Under the pieces are notes generated by a model that made no database searches, had not been told where the DNA came from, and saw only the letters and a list, made by a program, of their open reading frames with translations. A stretch of DNA of 64,000 nucleotides. It comes from Chiloscyllium plagiosum. Lineage: Eukaryota. Within the stretch, counting starts at the first letter, position 1, and each line of letters starts with the position of its first letter. The stretch is from positions 11,848,002 to 11,912,001 of the forward strand of contig NC_057719.1 in assembly GCF_004010195.1 (NCBI RefSeq), written 5' to 3'. The position numbers were made by a program, and so were the translations under genes. Shown piece after piece: positions 37,410 to 51,203 of the stretch.

Positions 37410-40400
37410 AACAATAAATATACTGTTTTGGATACTGTTGCAGGGGGAGCAATTTACTGGGGTAAGCAATGTGGCACAGGTCTCTGGCGCAGTCTGTCCC
37501 TGTTGCTCAGAGGGGGAGGGGGAAGGGGAGCAGAGCTTAAGTCATTGGGGATTCCATAGTTAGGGGGACAGATAGGAGGCTTTGTGGGAACGAGAGAGAC
37601 TCCCGATTGGTGAGTTGCCTCCCAAGTGCCAGGGTTTGTTATGTCTCGGATTGTGTTTTCGGGATCCTTGAGGAGGAGGGGGAGGGGGAGCAGCCCCAAG
37701 TCATGGTCCACATAGGCACCAACAACATGGGTAGGAAGAAAGGTGGGGATCTCAGGCAGACATTCAGGAAGCTAGGATGGAAACTTAGAGCTAGAATAAA
37801 CAGAGTTGTTATCTCTAATTTGTTGCCCATGCCATGTGCGAGTGAAGTGAAGAGCAGGGAGAGAACGGAGCTGAACACATGGCTGCAGGAATTGTGCAGG
37901 AGGGAGGGTTTTGGATTCTTGGATCATTGAAGCTCTTTCTGGGGAAGATGGGACCTCTACAAACAGGATGGTCTTCACCTGAACCAGAGGGGTACCAATA
38001 CCATGGCCAGGGAGGGACTTGCTAATGCCGCAGGGGGATAGGAACCTGAATTGTAGTTCCAGTGTATAGGAGATTGAGGGTCGTGAGGTCAGGGATAGGA
38101 TTACAAGATCGCAAGAGGGCACTGGCAAGCAGGAAGGTGTTTGAAATGTGTGTACTTCAATGCCAGGACCATCCAGAATAAGGTGGGTGAACTTGCAGCA
38201 TGGGTTGGTACCTGGGATTTCGATGTTGTGGCCACTTCAGAGACATGACTAGAGGAGGGAAAGAAATGGTTGTTGCAGATTCCAGGATTTAGATGTTTCA
38301 TTAAGAACAGAGAAGATGGTAAAAGGTGGGGTGGAGGGTAGCATTGTTAATCAAGGGTAATATTACAGCAGCTGAGATGTTTGAGGACTCATCCACTGAG
38401 GTAGTTTGGGCTGAGGTTAGAACCAGGAGAGGTCACCCTGTTGGAAGTTTTCTATAGGCTCCGAATTGTTCCAGCGATGTAGAGGAAAGGATAGCAAAGA
38501 TGATTCTCGATAGCAGGGAGAGCAACAGGGTAGTTGTTATGAGGGACTTTAACTTCCCCAATATTGACTGGGAATAGTATGGTTAAGTGGTTTGGATGGG
38601 TCAGTTTTTATTTAATGTGAGCAGGAGGGTTTTCTAACACAGTATGTAGACAGGCGAACAAGGGGCGATGCCATATTGGATTTGGTACTGGGGAATAAAC
38701 CCAGCCAGGTCTTAGATTTGGAGGTAGGTGAGCACTTTGGCAATAGTGACCATAATTTGGTTACCTTTAATAGCAATGGGCAGGGATAGGTATATTCTAC
38801 AGGGAAAGAGGTATAACTGGGGAAAAGGCAATTACAATGCAATTAGGCAAGATTTAGAATGCATAGGATGGGGAAGGAAACTGCAGGGGATGGACATACT
38901 TGAAATATGAAGCTTATTCAAAGAACAGCTACTGTGGGTCCTTGATAAGTATATACCTATCAGGCAGGGATGTACTTGTTGAGAGAAGGAGCCATGGTTT
39001 ACTAAAGTAGTTGAAGCTCTTGTCAAGAGAAAGGAGAAGGCTTATGTGAGGATGAGGCATGAAAGCTCAGTTAGGGGGCTTGAGAGTTATAAGTTAGCCA
39101 GAAAACATCTAAAGAGACAGCTGAGAAGAGCCAGAAGGGAACATGAGAAGTTGTTGGCGGATAGGATCAAAGAAAACACTAAGGCCTTCTATAGGTATAT
39201 CAGGAATAAAAGAATGACTAGAGTAAGTTTAGGGCCAATCACGGACAGTAGTGGGAAGTTGTGTGTGGAACCTGGGGACATAGGAGAAGTGCTTAATGAA
39301 TACTTTTGTCAGTATTCACACTGGAAAAGGGCAATGTTAGTGAGATTACGGAGATAGATGGGATTGCAGTTGACAAAGAGTTGGTTTTAGCATATTTGGA
39401 AGATCGGAAAATAGATAAGACTCCTGGGCCAGATGGGATATATCCTCAGATTCTCTGGGAGGCCAGAGAGGAGATTGTAGAGCCTTTGGCTTTGATCTTT
39501 ATGTCGTCATTGTTGACAGATGTGCCAGAAGACTGGAGGGTAGCAAATGTTGTTCCCTTGTTTAAGAAGGGGAGTCAGGACAACCCTGGTAATTATTGGC
39601 CAGTGAGCCTTACTTTGGTTGTGGGTAAGGCTATAAGAGAGAGGATTTCTAATCATCTAAAAAGGAATAATTTGAGTAGGGATAGTCAACACAGTTTTGT
39701 GAAGGGTAGGTTGTGGCTAACCAATCTTATTGAGTTCTTTGAAAAGCTGATTAGACAGGTGAATGAAGGTAATGCGGTTGATGTGGTGTATATGGACTTC
39801 AGTAAGGCAGGTGGTGAGGTTCCATGCGGTAGGCCGTTGCAAAAAATATGGAGTTTCGAGATTGAAGGTGATTTAGTGGTTTGGATCAGAAATTGGCTAG
39901 CTGAAAGAAGACAGAAGGTGGTGGTTGATGGGAAATATTCAACCTGGGGCTCAGCTACCAGGATCGGTTTTGGGGCCACTGCTGTTTGTCATGTTCATAA
40001 ATGATCTGGATGGGGTAATAGAAGGATGGGTTAGTAAATTTGTGGATGACACTAAGGTAGGCATAGTTGTGGATAGTGCCGAAGGATGTTGGTGGTTACA
40101 GAGGGACATAGATAAGATGCAGGGCTGGACCGAGATGTGGCAAATGGAGTTTAATGCGGAAAAATGTGAAGTAGTTCACTTCAGAAGAAATAACAGGAAT
40201 GCAGAGGACTGGGCTACTGGTAAAATTCTTGGCAGTGTAGATGAACAGAGAGATCTCGGTGTCCAGGTGCATAAATCCCTGAATGTTGCCACCCAGGTTG
40301 ATAGGATCGCTAAGAAGACATATGGTGTGTTGGTGTTTATTGGTAGGGGATTGAATTTGAGCCACGAGGTCATGCTTCAGCTGTACAAGACACTGGTAAG

Positions 40401-40984
40401 GCCGCACTTGGAGTACTGTGTACAGTTCTGGTCATTGCATTATAGGAGGAATTGGAAGCTTTGGAAATGGTTCAGAGGAGATTTACTAGGATGTTTCCTA
40501 GTATGGAAGGAAGGTCTTATGAGGAAAGGCTAAGGGAACTGAGGCTGTTTTCGTTGGAGAGAAGAACGTTGAGAGGTGAGGTTTTCGTGGTAGAGCAGAA
40601 CATTGAGAGGTGACTTAATTGAGATGTATAAGATAATCAGAGGGTTAGATAGGGTGTTTAGTGAAAGCCTTTTTCCTCGGATGGTGAAGCTAACACAAGG
40701 GGACATAGCTTTAAATTGAGAGGTGATAGATTTTAGACAGATATCAGGGGTAGTTTCTTTACTCAGAGTAGTAGGGTGTGGAACAGCCTGCCTGCAACAG
40801 TAGTAGACACGTCAACATCAAGGACATTTTAAATGTTGGATTTAAATGTCCTTAATGGATAATAATGGAACGGTGTAGGTTAGATGGGCATCAGATTAAT
40901 TTCACAGGTCGGCGCAGCATCAGGGGCCGGCGCAGCATCACCGTCCGAAGGGCCTGTACTGCGCTATAATTTTCTTTGTTCTAT
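37410..40984 (+). mobile_element. Near full-length decayed CR1 LINE: ORF1 SGNH-esterase region, ORF2 APE endonuclease + RT, 3'UTR
   Basis: ORF1: GDSIV, CLPSARV, VHIGTNN, DGLHLN. ORF2: YFNARTIQNK...VATSETW, DFNFP, LDLVL, SDHN. RT motifs at 39400-40400 and a ttctttgttcta tail. Confidence 0.9.
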
Positions 40985-41768
40985 ACGTCAGCGGAGCAGA
41001 GGTTGAGAGAGTTGACAGCGTCAAACTCCTAGGAATGGCAATAAGTGACAACCTGTCCTGGACATCCCATATAGATGTGATGGTCAAGAAGGCAAAATGA
41101 TGCCTCTTCTTCCTCATGCAGCTTAGGAAATTCAACATGTCCATAAGGACCCTCACCAACTTCTTCTACAGATGCACCATAGAAGGTATACTATCCAGGT
41201 GTGTAGTGGCCTGGTACGGCAACTGCTCTGCCCAGTAAGAAACTACAAAAGGTTGAATACACAGCCCAGACCATCATGGAAGCCAACCTACCATTCATGG
41301 ACTCCATTTGGAAAGAAGTGAGGACTGCAGATGCTGGGGATCAGAGCTTAAAAATGTGTTGCTGGAAAAGCGCAGCAGGTCAGGCAGCATCAAAGGAGAA
41401 GCAACACATTTTTAAGCATGGACTCCATTTGCACTTGTTGTGGCCATGGAAAGGTTGCCAAATTCATGAAAGACCTCTCCCACCCCAGTGATGCTCTCCT
41501 ACAACCTCTTCTGTCAGGCAGAAGATACAAAGGCTTGAATACATGCATACTTCCTTGCCATTGTTAGACTGATGAATGGTGTCTCTAACTTACAATAACG
41601 TTGATCTTGTTAATTCTGATCTTGCTTCGTGCGCCTCGTCTGTAGTGTAATTTGAATGCCTCACCCTATGATCTGTTATGTCCTTGCTTACTTTGATCTA
41701 CCTGTACTGCTTGCAAACAAAGCTTTTCACTGTCTTTGGGTATACGTGACCATAACAAATCAAATCAA
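40985..41768 (+). mobile_element. Rex1-like LINE 3' end, containing a Penelope-like mini-insertion (41311-41416)
   Basis: VERVDSVKLLG...LSWTSHID..VKKA...LRKF and a (caaat)n tail. The insert is flanked by a perfect CATGGACTCCATTTG (41296-41310 and 41417-41431). Confidence 0.8.
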
Positions 41769-41769
41769 G

Positions 41770-44700
41770 CTAGGGAAAGGTGGAAGTGTGGTTCTGTTTG
41801 TTAATCATGGCGTTAATACTACAGAGAGGATTGACCAAAGTTCAGGAAACCAGGATGTGAAAACAGTTTGAGTAAAGATAAATGATAAAGGTAAGAAGTC
41901 ATTTGTGGGAGAGTTGTACAGGTCTCCTAACAGTAATCACTTGGTAAGGTAGACACAATGGAAGAAATAATGGGAGCTTGTCAGAAAGGAATAGGAATAA
42001 TCATGGGATATTTTAATCTACATATAGCCTGGAAAAGTCATATGTATGAAATAGCCTAAAAGAAGAATTCATAGAATGTTTTCAGGATAGATTTTGACAA
42101 CAAAATGTTCAAACATCCAAGTCTGAAGCTGACCAAAGAGCAGGCCTGCTATTAGCAATGGTGTAAAGAATTATGGGGATAATGAGTAAAAGACATTGAA
42201 GTCTTTAAACAGCCACAGACCTGGTACTGTGTGACAAGAATGAATTATCTCAGAGCAAAGGGTAGATGCAACTGTTATATGACTGAATCTTACATTCTAT
42301 TTGAGGGAGAGAAGAAATAGATCTGAGTCTACTTTTGTTAAACTTTTATATGGACAATTATGAGGGCATGAAAACCAAAGTGGATTGGCAAACTAGGTTG
42401 AAGGATAAGTTAATGAAGATGCAGTGACAGACATTTAAGAGGATATTTTAGAATACACAGAATAAATATGTTCCAATGAGTAAGACATTTGTCATAGGGA
42501 AAATGTCTGAAGCTATTGTGAAAGATGTCATAGCAGGGTACTGAGATATGTTCAAGATAAACAGGCAGAGTCAACAAAGGGGAATCATGCTTAACCAATC
42601 TGTCGGAGGTTTATTTAGGGGAATCAAAGGATTCTGAGTAATACAAGATGGAGAATGGGAAAAAATGTGGATATAAGAGCTGCTCCTTTTTTTGAGGTAT
42701 TTTAGGTGTTGGAGCTTTTTTCCTTGAATTCCATGAGCAGTAATTACTGTTTTATAAGCTTTGGGGAAGAAAAAAGATCAAAGCAATGGCACTTTAAAAA
42801 GGAGGAAGAGAGACAAAGCAGAGACCACATGCTGAGTGAATCAAATGAGAAAGAAACCTACACTGCTATCTGACACAGCAGTGAATCTGCATAGCTACTG
42901 CCTTTGCTGTTTGAGTTCAAGTATTTCTAGACATCATAATGCATCAAAAAAAATTAACAAACAGTGACATTCACAGCTGATGTTGGAGGAACCTGTGTGG
43001 AACAGCTCACAACATGGGAGCAGCTAAGTGCATAGTTTTTAAGTGTAACTTAAGTGTACTCTAGAGTAGAGTGGGTTCTTTTTTGATTATATGTTTTATT
43101 GTGATCTCTTGATTCAGCCAGATGAAGTGGTGGAGGCTGGTATAATTACAACATTTAAAAGGCAGCTAGATGTGTATATGATCAGGAGGGGTTTAGAGGG
43201 ATATGGGCCAAGTTTTGGCAAATGGGAGTAGATTAATTTAGGATATCTGGTCGCCATAAACGAGTTTGACCTGAGGGCCGGTTTCTGTGCTGTACATCTC
43301 TATGACTCTAAGTAACATGCTGTAGATAACTTAAAACCACTGGATATATTGTACTTAGATTTCCAGAAGGTATCAAAGGTTATTGTGAAAATTAGAAATT
43401 TATGGTGGGGATGGTAGCAAATCGGCAGAAAGAGAAGATTGGGTGCCCAACAGGAAACTGTGGATTTTTCAGGTTGGCAAGATGTAATCAGTGGTGTATC
43501 ACAGGGTTCAGTGCTGTTTACAATACAAACATAGGAACAGGAGTAAGCCATTCAGTCAGCTCAATAGTTTGCTGCACCTGTATGCTAGCCTTAGTAACTC
43601 AATTTTTACAATTACTTTGAAGGTATGGACGGCCAAATTTGGCAATATCACAAAGGAAAGTAGGAAAGTAAAAACAAAATCAGAAATTGCTGGAAAAACT
43701 CAGCATGTCAAACAGCATCCGTGGGGAGAAAACAGAGTTAGCATTATGAGTCTGGCAACTCTTCATCAGAACAATTAACTTTGCTTTCTCCCCACAGAGG
43801 CAGCCAGAACTACTGCATTTCGCCAGCAATTTCTGTTCTTTGTTTCAGATCTCCTGCATCTGAAGTTCTCTATTTTATTCTACAGAAAGATAGGCTAAGT
43901 GAGTGGGATAAGATGTGGCAAATGGATCATAATATGGAAAAATGTGAAATTGTCCGTTTTGGCAGGAAAATCACATTATTTAAATAGTGAAATTATTTAA
44001 ACAAGGCTCTGAGGTAGAGAGATCTGGGTGTCCTTGTGCATGAATCACAAAAGGTTCATTCGTAGTTACTGCAAGTAATTAGGAGAACTAATCAAACGTT
44101 ATCATTTATTGTGAGGAGAATTGAATACAAAAGTTGGGAGGATGTGATTCAATTATATAGGACAATAGTCCAAGGTGAGGCGATAGGCTAGTGGTATTAT
44201 TGTTGAGACTAATAATCCAGAGACCTAGGTAATGTCCCAGTGACCCTGGTTCAAATCCTGACATAGCAAGTGGCAAAATTTGAATTCAGTAAAGGTCTAA
44301 TGATGACCATGAATCATTACTTATTGTTGGAAAATCACATCTGGTTCACTACTGTCTTTTAGGGAAGGAAATTGCCATCCTTACCTGGTCTGGCCTACCT
44401 GTGACCCCTCAGGAATGTGGTTAGCTCTTAACAATTAGGATGGGCAATAAATGGTGGCTCAGCCAGCAATGCCATCATCTGTGAATGAATAAAAAAGTGA
44501 GACTGCATCTGGAGCACTAGGAACAGTATTGGTCACTTTATTTAGGATAGAAAGTAAATGTGTTGAAAGCAGTTCAGATGGGTTTTACTAGACTAACATA
44601 ACATGGAGGCTGGGGGAGATGTCTTATGAGAAAAGGTTGATCAGGCTAGGCTCATTTCCTCTGAAGTTTAGAGTAAGAGGTAACTTGATTGAAACTTACA

Positions 44701-45050
44701 AGATCCTGACGGTGTATCTTGATAGTGTAAATGTGGAAAGAATGTTTCCTGTTCTAGGAGAATCTAGAAATAAGGGGTTACGGTTTTAACACTTGGATCA
44801 CCCATTTAAAATAAAGATGAGGTGATTTTATTTTCTCTGAGCGTCTTTGGAACTCTTCTCCTGAAAAGGTGGAAGCAGAGTCTCTGAATATTCCTAAGGC
44901 AAAGGTAGATAGATTCTTGTTAAGAGGCTCTTAGGGATAAGCAGAAGTATGGAATTGACGTTACAATTAGATCAGCCATGGTCTTAGTGAATGACAAGAG
45001 GGTCCTCAAGGGGCTGAATGTACCATTTCTGATCCTATGTCATATGTTTG
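41770..45050 (+). mobile_element. Old fragmented CR1 carrying an LTR-like piece (about 42666-43115), a CR1 tail (43116-43310), a fold-back PLE family B repeat (about 43665-43880) and a tRNA-headed SINE (44173-44495)
   Basis: Decayed APE motifs (YRSPNS, MGYFN), YLDFQK, a W-KMWQM..N-EKC motif and a CR1 3'UTR occur in order around the inserts. Confidence 0.65.
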
Positions 45051-45232
45051 TAACATTTGAAGAATTTGAGGAGCAAGATCAGTCAGTGGCTAATCTGGAA
45101 CAAAACTTGGCAGCATTGCAACAGGACAAGCAAGTTCTGGAACAGCAACTTGCAGCCCATGAAAGAAAAATTTAAATGTAAGCCAGAAGTATTATGAGAC
45201 CTGTTTTCAATCTGTAACAAAGCAACAGTAGA

Positions 45233-46673
45233 AGTCTGTGGAAAACTAGGGAAGTGATTGCTGGGCCCCTTGCTGAGATATTTGGAACATCAATAGTCAC
45301 AGGTGAGGTGCCAGAAGATTGGAGGTTGACTAACATGGTGCACTATTTAAGAAAGGTGGCAAGGAAAACCAGGGAACTATAGACCGGAGAGCCTGACATC
45401 GGTGGTGGGCAAGTTTTTGGAGGGACTCTTGAGGGACAGGACTTGCATGTATTCGGAAAGACTAGGACTGATTAGGGATAGCCAGCATGGTTTCGTGTGT
45501 GGGAAATCATGTCTCATTAACTTGATTGAGATTTTTGAAGAAGAGGATTGATGAGGGAAGACCAGTGGATATGATCTATATGGACTTCAGTAAGGCATTT
45601 GACAAGGTCCCTCATGGTAAACTGGTTAGGAAGGTTGGATTATATGGAATACAGGGAGAACTAGCCATTTCGATACAGAACTGGCTTGAAGGTAGAAGAC
45701 AGAGGGTGGTGGAGAAAGGTTGCTCTTTAAACTGGAGGTCTGTGACCAGTGGTGTGCCACAAGGATCGGTGCTGGGTCCACTGCTTTTCGTCACTTGTAT
45801 AAATGATTTAGTAAGTTTGCAGATGACGCCAAAATTGGAGGTGCAGTGGACAGCGAAGTAGGTTAACTCAGAGTACAATAGGGTCTTGATCAGATGGGCC
45901 AATGGATCAAGCAGCGGCATACAAAGTTTAATTTAGATAGTTATGTGTTCCATTTCAGAGCAGGACTTATACGCTTAATGGTAAGGTCCTGGGGAGTGTT
46001 CCTGAACAAAGAGATCTTGGAGTGCAGGTTCATAGTTCCTTGAAAGTGGAATTGTGGGTAGATAGGATAGTGAAGGTATGCTTTTCCTTATTGGTCAGTG
46101 CATTGAATATAGGAGATGGGAGGTTATGTTGCGGTGTACAGGACATTGGTTAGGTCAGTTTTGAAATATTGTGTGCAATTTTGGACTCCCTTCTCTAGGA
46201 AGGATGTTGTGAAATTTGAAAGAGTTCAGAAAATATTTACAAGGATGTTGCCTGGGTTGGAGGGTTTCAGCTATAGGGAGAGGGTGGGGCTGCTTTCTCT
46301 GGAGCTTCAGAGGCTTATAAAATCATGAGGGGCATAGGTAGGGTAAATAGACAAGGTCTTTTCCTTGGGGTACGGGAGTCCGGAACTAGAAGGCATAGGT
46401 TTAGGGTAACAGGGGAAAAATTTAAAAAGAGACCTAAGGGCAACTTTTTCACAAGCAGATCTGTATATGGGATGAGCTGCCAAAGGAAGGGGTGAGGCTA
46501 GTACAATAACAACATTTAAAAGGCATCTGGATGGGTATATGAATAGCGAGGGTTTGGAGGAACATGGGCCAAGTGCTGGCAATTGAGACAAGATTAATTT
46601 AGGATATCTGGTAAGCATGGACGAGTTGGACCGAAGAGTCTGTTTTCATGCTGTATGTCTCTATGACTTTCTA
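45233..46673 (+). mobile_element. CR1 LINE ORF2 RT + 3'UTR
   Basis: Same subfamily as 32641-34103: [28 protein letters not shown]. Confidence 0.9.
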
Positions 46674-47362
46674 AGATATCTGTATGTGTTGTGCCAGGAT
46701 TTCGATAAGCATTAACCTGTCATGGACCCTATAGCTATCAGAGAGAAACATGGGTAAGCAGTCAGGTCTCATTTATCTTAACAGTTTACATCCCCAGGAA
46801 ATAGCTAAGATCCCAATAGAGTGTCTCCTATCTGAAGTTAATCTACAGAGGAGTGGGAAATAGTCAATACCACCATTTAAATAGATTAACTGGAAGGTGT
46901 TCAAACATTGAGTTTTGACAACCTTGAAATGATTTATGTGAGATATAAAAATACAATACATGCACAAGTATGTATACATGTATGTCTACAAATGTGTGCG
47001 CTTAGGTGCCTGTGTTCCCTGAGTTTGCTGATCTAGCAGAACTGAAGTTTCATTCTGGATCAGCTTGTTGAGTAACTTTAGAGTTTTGCAATTCGTGACC
47101 TACAATGAAGTCTTGCTTGTCCCTCCATACTGGTTCAATACTAGTACCATTGCATCCTATGTCCTGTGTTTCTGCATTGACATCTGGCATGATTTGGCTG
47201 CCCCCAGCCTCTGGCTTCTGTTGAAAATGTGCACAATTATTGGTGGGACAAATGAGCATTTTTGACTACTTAACTTGGGGACACTTCTTTAACTTGCTGT
47301 TCAAGTGATTTGTTTTTACAGGACAGCCACGCACACACTGAGGCTGCCAGGGCAAAGTAAGT

Positions 47363-47650
47363 TAAAAATCACACAACACCAGGTTATAGTCAAACAGGTT
47401 TATGTGGAAGCACTAGGTTTCGAGGCGCTGCCTGTTCATCAGGAGCAGGACCAGAAGACACAATTTATAGCAAAAGGGTTACAGTGTCACGGAGTTGTAA
47501 TGGTATGTTAAACAAACAGATTAAGTCTTGCATCTTTTAGGATGGGATATGCTGGTTTGGGCTCTTTAATATGTAAATTTGAAAACTCCTTTCAAGTTAC
47601 ATTCTTAAGGTGGCTTCAGTTTATCTAACAATAGGTGTTATATCTAAGTA
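47363..47650 (-). mobile_element. Penelope-like terminal repeat (family C), decayed hammerhead
   Basis: aaaaatcacacaacaccaggttatagtc...ggaagcactag-tttcg...ttcatcagg is the reverse complement of 20100-20190. Confidence 0.7.
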
Positions 47651-48348
47651 TGAAATATCTATCCATAGACTAACCATAAACATTTAAAGTAAAATTTTAC
47701 CTTAAAACTGCGAGCAACTTAAGATGTCATCTCCCAGTGGAAGAAAATATATTTGAAAAGCATTATTTGTGGAGTTGTTATACTACTGAAATTTCAATGA
47801 GAGGGTTTTACTCTTAGTTTACTCAGGTCCCTCCTGCTTTGGTTGTTGATCTTAAGTATATGTTCTTCCCATTAACATTTAATGCTATATCATATATCAT
47901 TGATCTTTATTCAAGAAAGATTCCTTTGAGCTTTTGTGCAGTTAAGTCTTTGTGTTGTTCTATACTCATACGGAAATTACTTGTTTCTCATTCTTCAGTT
48001 TTAAAGAAACCTTTTGTTAAAGGTTTACCAGTAAAGATTTTTCATGGCAGATGATAGAATTTGAATTCAATAAAGAATCTGGAATTAAGAGTCTAATGAT
48101 AATTATGAATCCATTATTGATTGTTGGAAAAACCCATCTGGTTCACTTTGTTTATATACATCATAGATCTCTTTATATACAATAAAGTTTGTTTTGGTTT
48201 TAAAAACATGAAATTTTGTGGCATGGTTCAATTGGTTAATTGTTGAGTTTTAATACTTCTTTAACATTAATGGTCCCAACAGGAATTTAACAAATGTTGA
48301 CCCAATATGTAATCTTTTAGTCCTCTGTTTCAAGCTATATTATTCTAA

Positions 48349-48588
<240 letters not shown>

Positions 48589-49087
48589 TAAGAGGTGAAG
48601 ACTTGCACCAAATCAGCACTTAAAAAAGAGGAAGTGCCATCTGATGAAGCCGGAGCTGCCAGTCAATTTGAGACCACCATCTCTCCAGTAATCCCACTGA
48701 TGATGGCACCACATAAGTGACATGAGGAATTATTCAGCAGTGAATTGTGTTGGTATTGTTTGGGGGTCCCACTGGATGCCAAACTCATCAGTAAAGGTGC
48801 AGCCAAAAATTGAGAAACTGTGGTGAGGGAGACCCCTGGAAGTTGTGGTCCCTGTTTTCATTCAAGGGACTCCTGCCTTGTCCCTCATCGTGTGCAGTAT
48901 AACCTATCGGGCTGGTAGTTGTGTGGGGGCATCTCCTATAGGCTAGTTGAGGCTTTAAAGTGAGCATTAATGGCCCAATTAAGAACCACAATTGATGGCA
49001 TCACCACCCTAATGTCTTATCTATTGTTGGTAAAATTCCCATGGGAACAAGGATGATGGGTAGATACGTTGCCTGATGGATTTTGAG

Positions 49088-49297
49088 GGAGAAAGTGAGG
49101 ACCGCAGATGCTGGAGATCAGAGTCAAGAGTGTGGCGATAGAAAAGCACAGCAGATCAGGCAGCATCAAAGGAGCAGGAGAATCGACATTTCAACAGTGT
49201 ATTCCTAATTAAGGGCTTATGCCCGAAACATCAATTCTCCTGCTCTTTTGATGATGCCTGACTGACTGTGCTTTTCCAGCACCACACACTCAACTAC
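49088..49297. mobile_element. Fold-back Penelope-like mini-element (family A)
   Basis: gagaaagtgaggaccgcagatgctgg...gaaaagcacagc and the inverted gcttttccagcaccacacactc. aagggcttatgcccgaaacatc lies in the right arm. Confidence 0.78.
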
Positions 49298-50039
49298 TGA
49301 ATTTTACATACTGCTTCTACCTCTGAACCCAAAAAGGAAACAAAATCCATCCCCTGAGGATTGACAGTATTTGTAATGTTGACCAGACCTGGTTAGATTC
49401 TCTTTGAAGGACAATGTGAATCAGTTGGGATCTTGCAACAACACTGCTTTCTCTGTACTCCTCGTATCTCATGTCAGCCCACTATTTAGAGCAGATTTAT
49501 TCAGATTCCCATTTTGCCATTGGCGAATTTTCAACTCAACTTTTAAGCTGTATTCCTTTGCACCTGATCGTCCCTCGTTCATTGCAGATAATCACAAGTA
49601 TAAGATTACAGTTCTCTGTTGAGCACCTGGTGCAGAGTCCTCGAGTGCAAATAGCCACACAGCAATCACAAATTCAGTGATTCCAAACTAAATTGTTGAC
49701 ATAAACTACTAACAGTCTAAGTCTGGACATTTAACTCCAGAACACACTGAAAGATTAGGAATATGCATGACATTCAGAGTGCAGGATGCTGGATTAAAAC
49801 TGCTTGGAATTTGTATGGGGCTTATTTTATTCTCTCACGCGCATCAAGGTTGACCAGCTTTTGTTGCCTGTCCATAGTTGTTCGTCCACGGAACAAAATA
49901 AAATCCAGTAAAAATAATTTTAAGAATTTTATTTTGTATTCAAATCTGGATTCACTCCACTTGTTTTGAGTACAAAGTACTAACGTGTTCATTTGGTGGG
50001 CCACACCATTCTGACCCTGGCTGTATTTTTTTCCTGAAG

Positions 50040-50102
50040 GGATGGAAGATGATCTGAATGCAGCAACTGAAAAAGCAAATGGAACAGAGTTGTTTGACTC
50101 AG
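50040..50102 (+). CDS. ism2: Isthmin linker exon (GMEDDLNAATEKANGTELFDS)
   Basis: Acceptor ttttttcctgaag, donor gtaagt at 50103. 63 bp, phase 1-1, keeps frame between the TSR and AMOP exons. Resembles the isthmin G(I/T)ED...N-T-LF linker. Confidence 0.85.
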
Positions 50103-50895
50103 GTAAGTATACTACACCAAGAACCATTAATGTGAGAACATGTCAGCTGACTTACCTGGATATGAAAAGAATCAATAGAGAAAACAGCCCATTAAGCCCC
50201 TCAAGTTTGTTCCACTATTCAATGACATTTCAGCTGCTCTGTCTGACATGCTAAGTTTAATCAACAGCCATGAGTTCAAAATTGACAAAAGGATTCAGGA
50301 AATCAGATTTGATCGTTTATTTCACATATACACATGGACGGCTAGTATTATCACCGTGAAATGTAAATCTCTCATTTCCAGATTTATCTAATATTTATAG
50401 AAAACATTACAACATTCAAATTACAATCTCCACACTTCTCTGTTCAGGTGTCTGCTATTACCTGTTGTTTTCCACACTTTTTACAGACATTGTCTGTATT
50501 TTTCCCAAGACCGGTTCTATCTGCTAATAGTACAGCTAATAGTACAAAAGACTGCCTTTGTACATCTGTCGTTCTCATTTACATTTACAATATGACTTAA
50601 AATTTAACCCTTAACTAACTGAAACTGATTCAACTTTTTCACCCTTCAATGCAATTCATCTGACTCATCTAGAATTGTGCAGAGTCAGGATAGGAGACAG
50701 GACCTTCAGTCCCTCAAATTTTGTTTCACCATTCAATGAGATCTTGGCTGATCTGTCTAACATACTGAAGTTGATAACAGCCACAAGTTCATTGGTGACA
50801 TGGGAAGTCAATCTCTTGACACCCCTGGCAGGATAGCTATTAGACTTTGCATTATCTCCATTCCTGGTTTAATTAACAAATGGTGTGATACTGGA

Positions 50896-50996
50896 AACAA
50901 AAACAGAAATTGCTGGAAAAACTCAGCAGGTCTAACAGCATCTATGCAGAGAAATCAGAGTTAACATTTCAGGTCCAGTGACCCTTCTTAAGAACA
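50896..50996 (-). mobile_element. Penelope-like mini-insertion (family B)
   Basis: Perfect 14-bp TSD GGTGTGATACTGGA (50882-50895 and 50997-51010). Confidence 0.82.
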
Positions 50997-51203
50997 GGTG
51001 TGATACTGGATTCTTTGTAGAGAAGTACAACTCTGGAAAACTGGGAGTTTTTGGATTATATGACCTATATGATGATCCTTTTAGTCTATGAAAATGAAAT
51101 TTGAAAGAGCTGAACACTGTGTCTCAGCAAATTTTGGTTATGGACCTGCACCTCAGTGAAGCAGATCATTTTGCTCAACTTTTCAGTGTCAGTATGCATC
51201 CTT

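Noticed and set aside
40545..40945. Short local duplications in the CR1 3' region (agaac-ttgagaggtga; cggcgcagcatca)
   Set aside because: Ordinary slippage-type duplications in a dead element, with no evidence of function.
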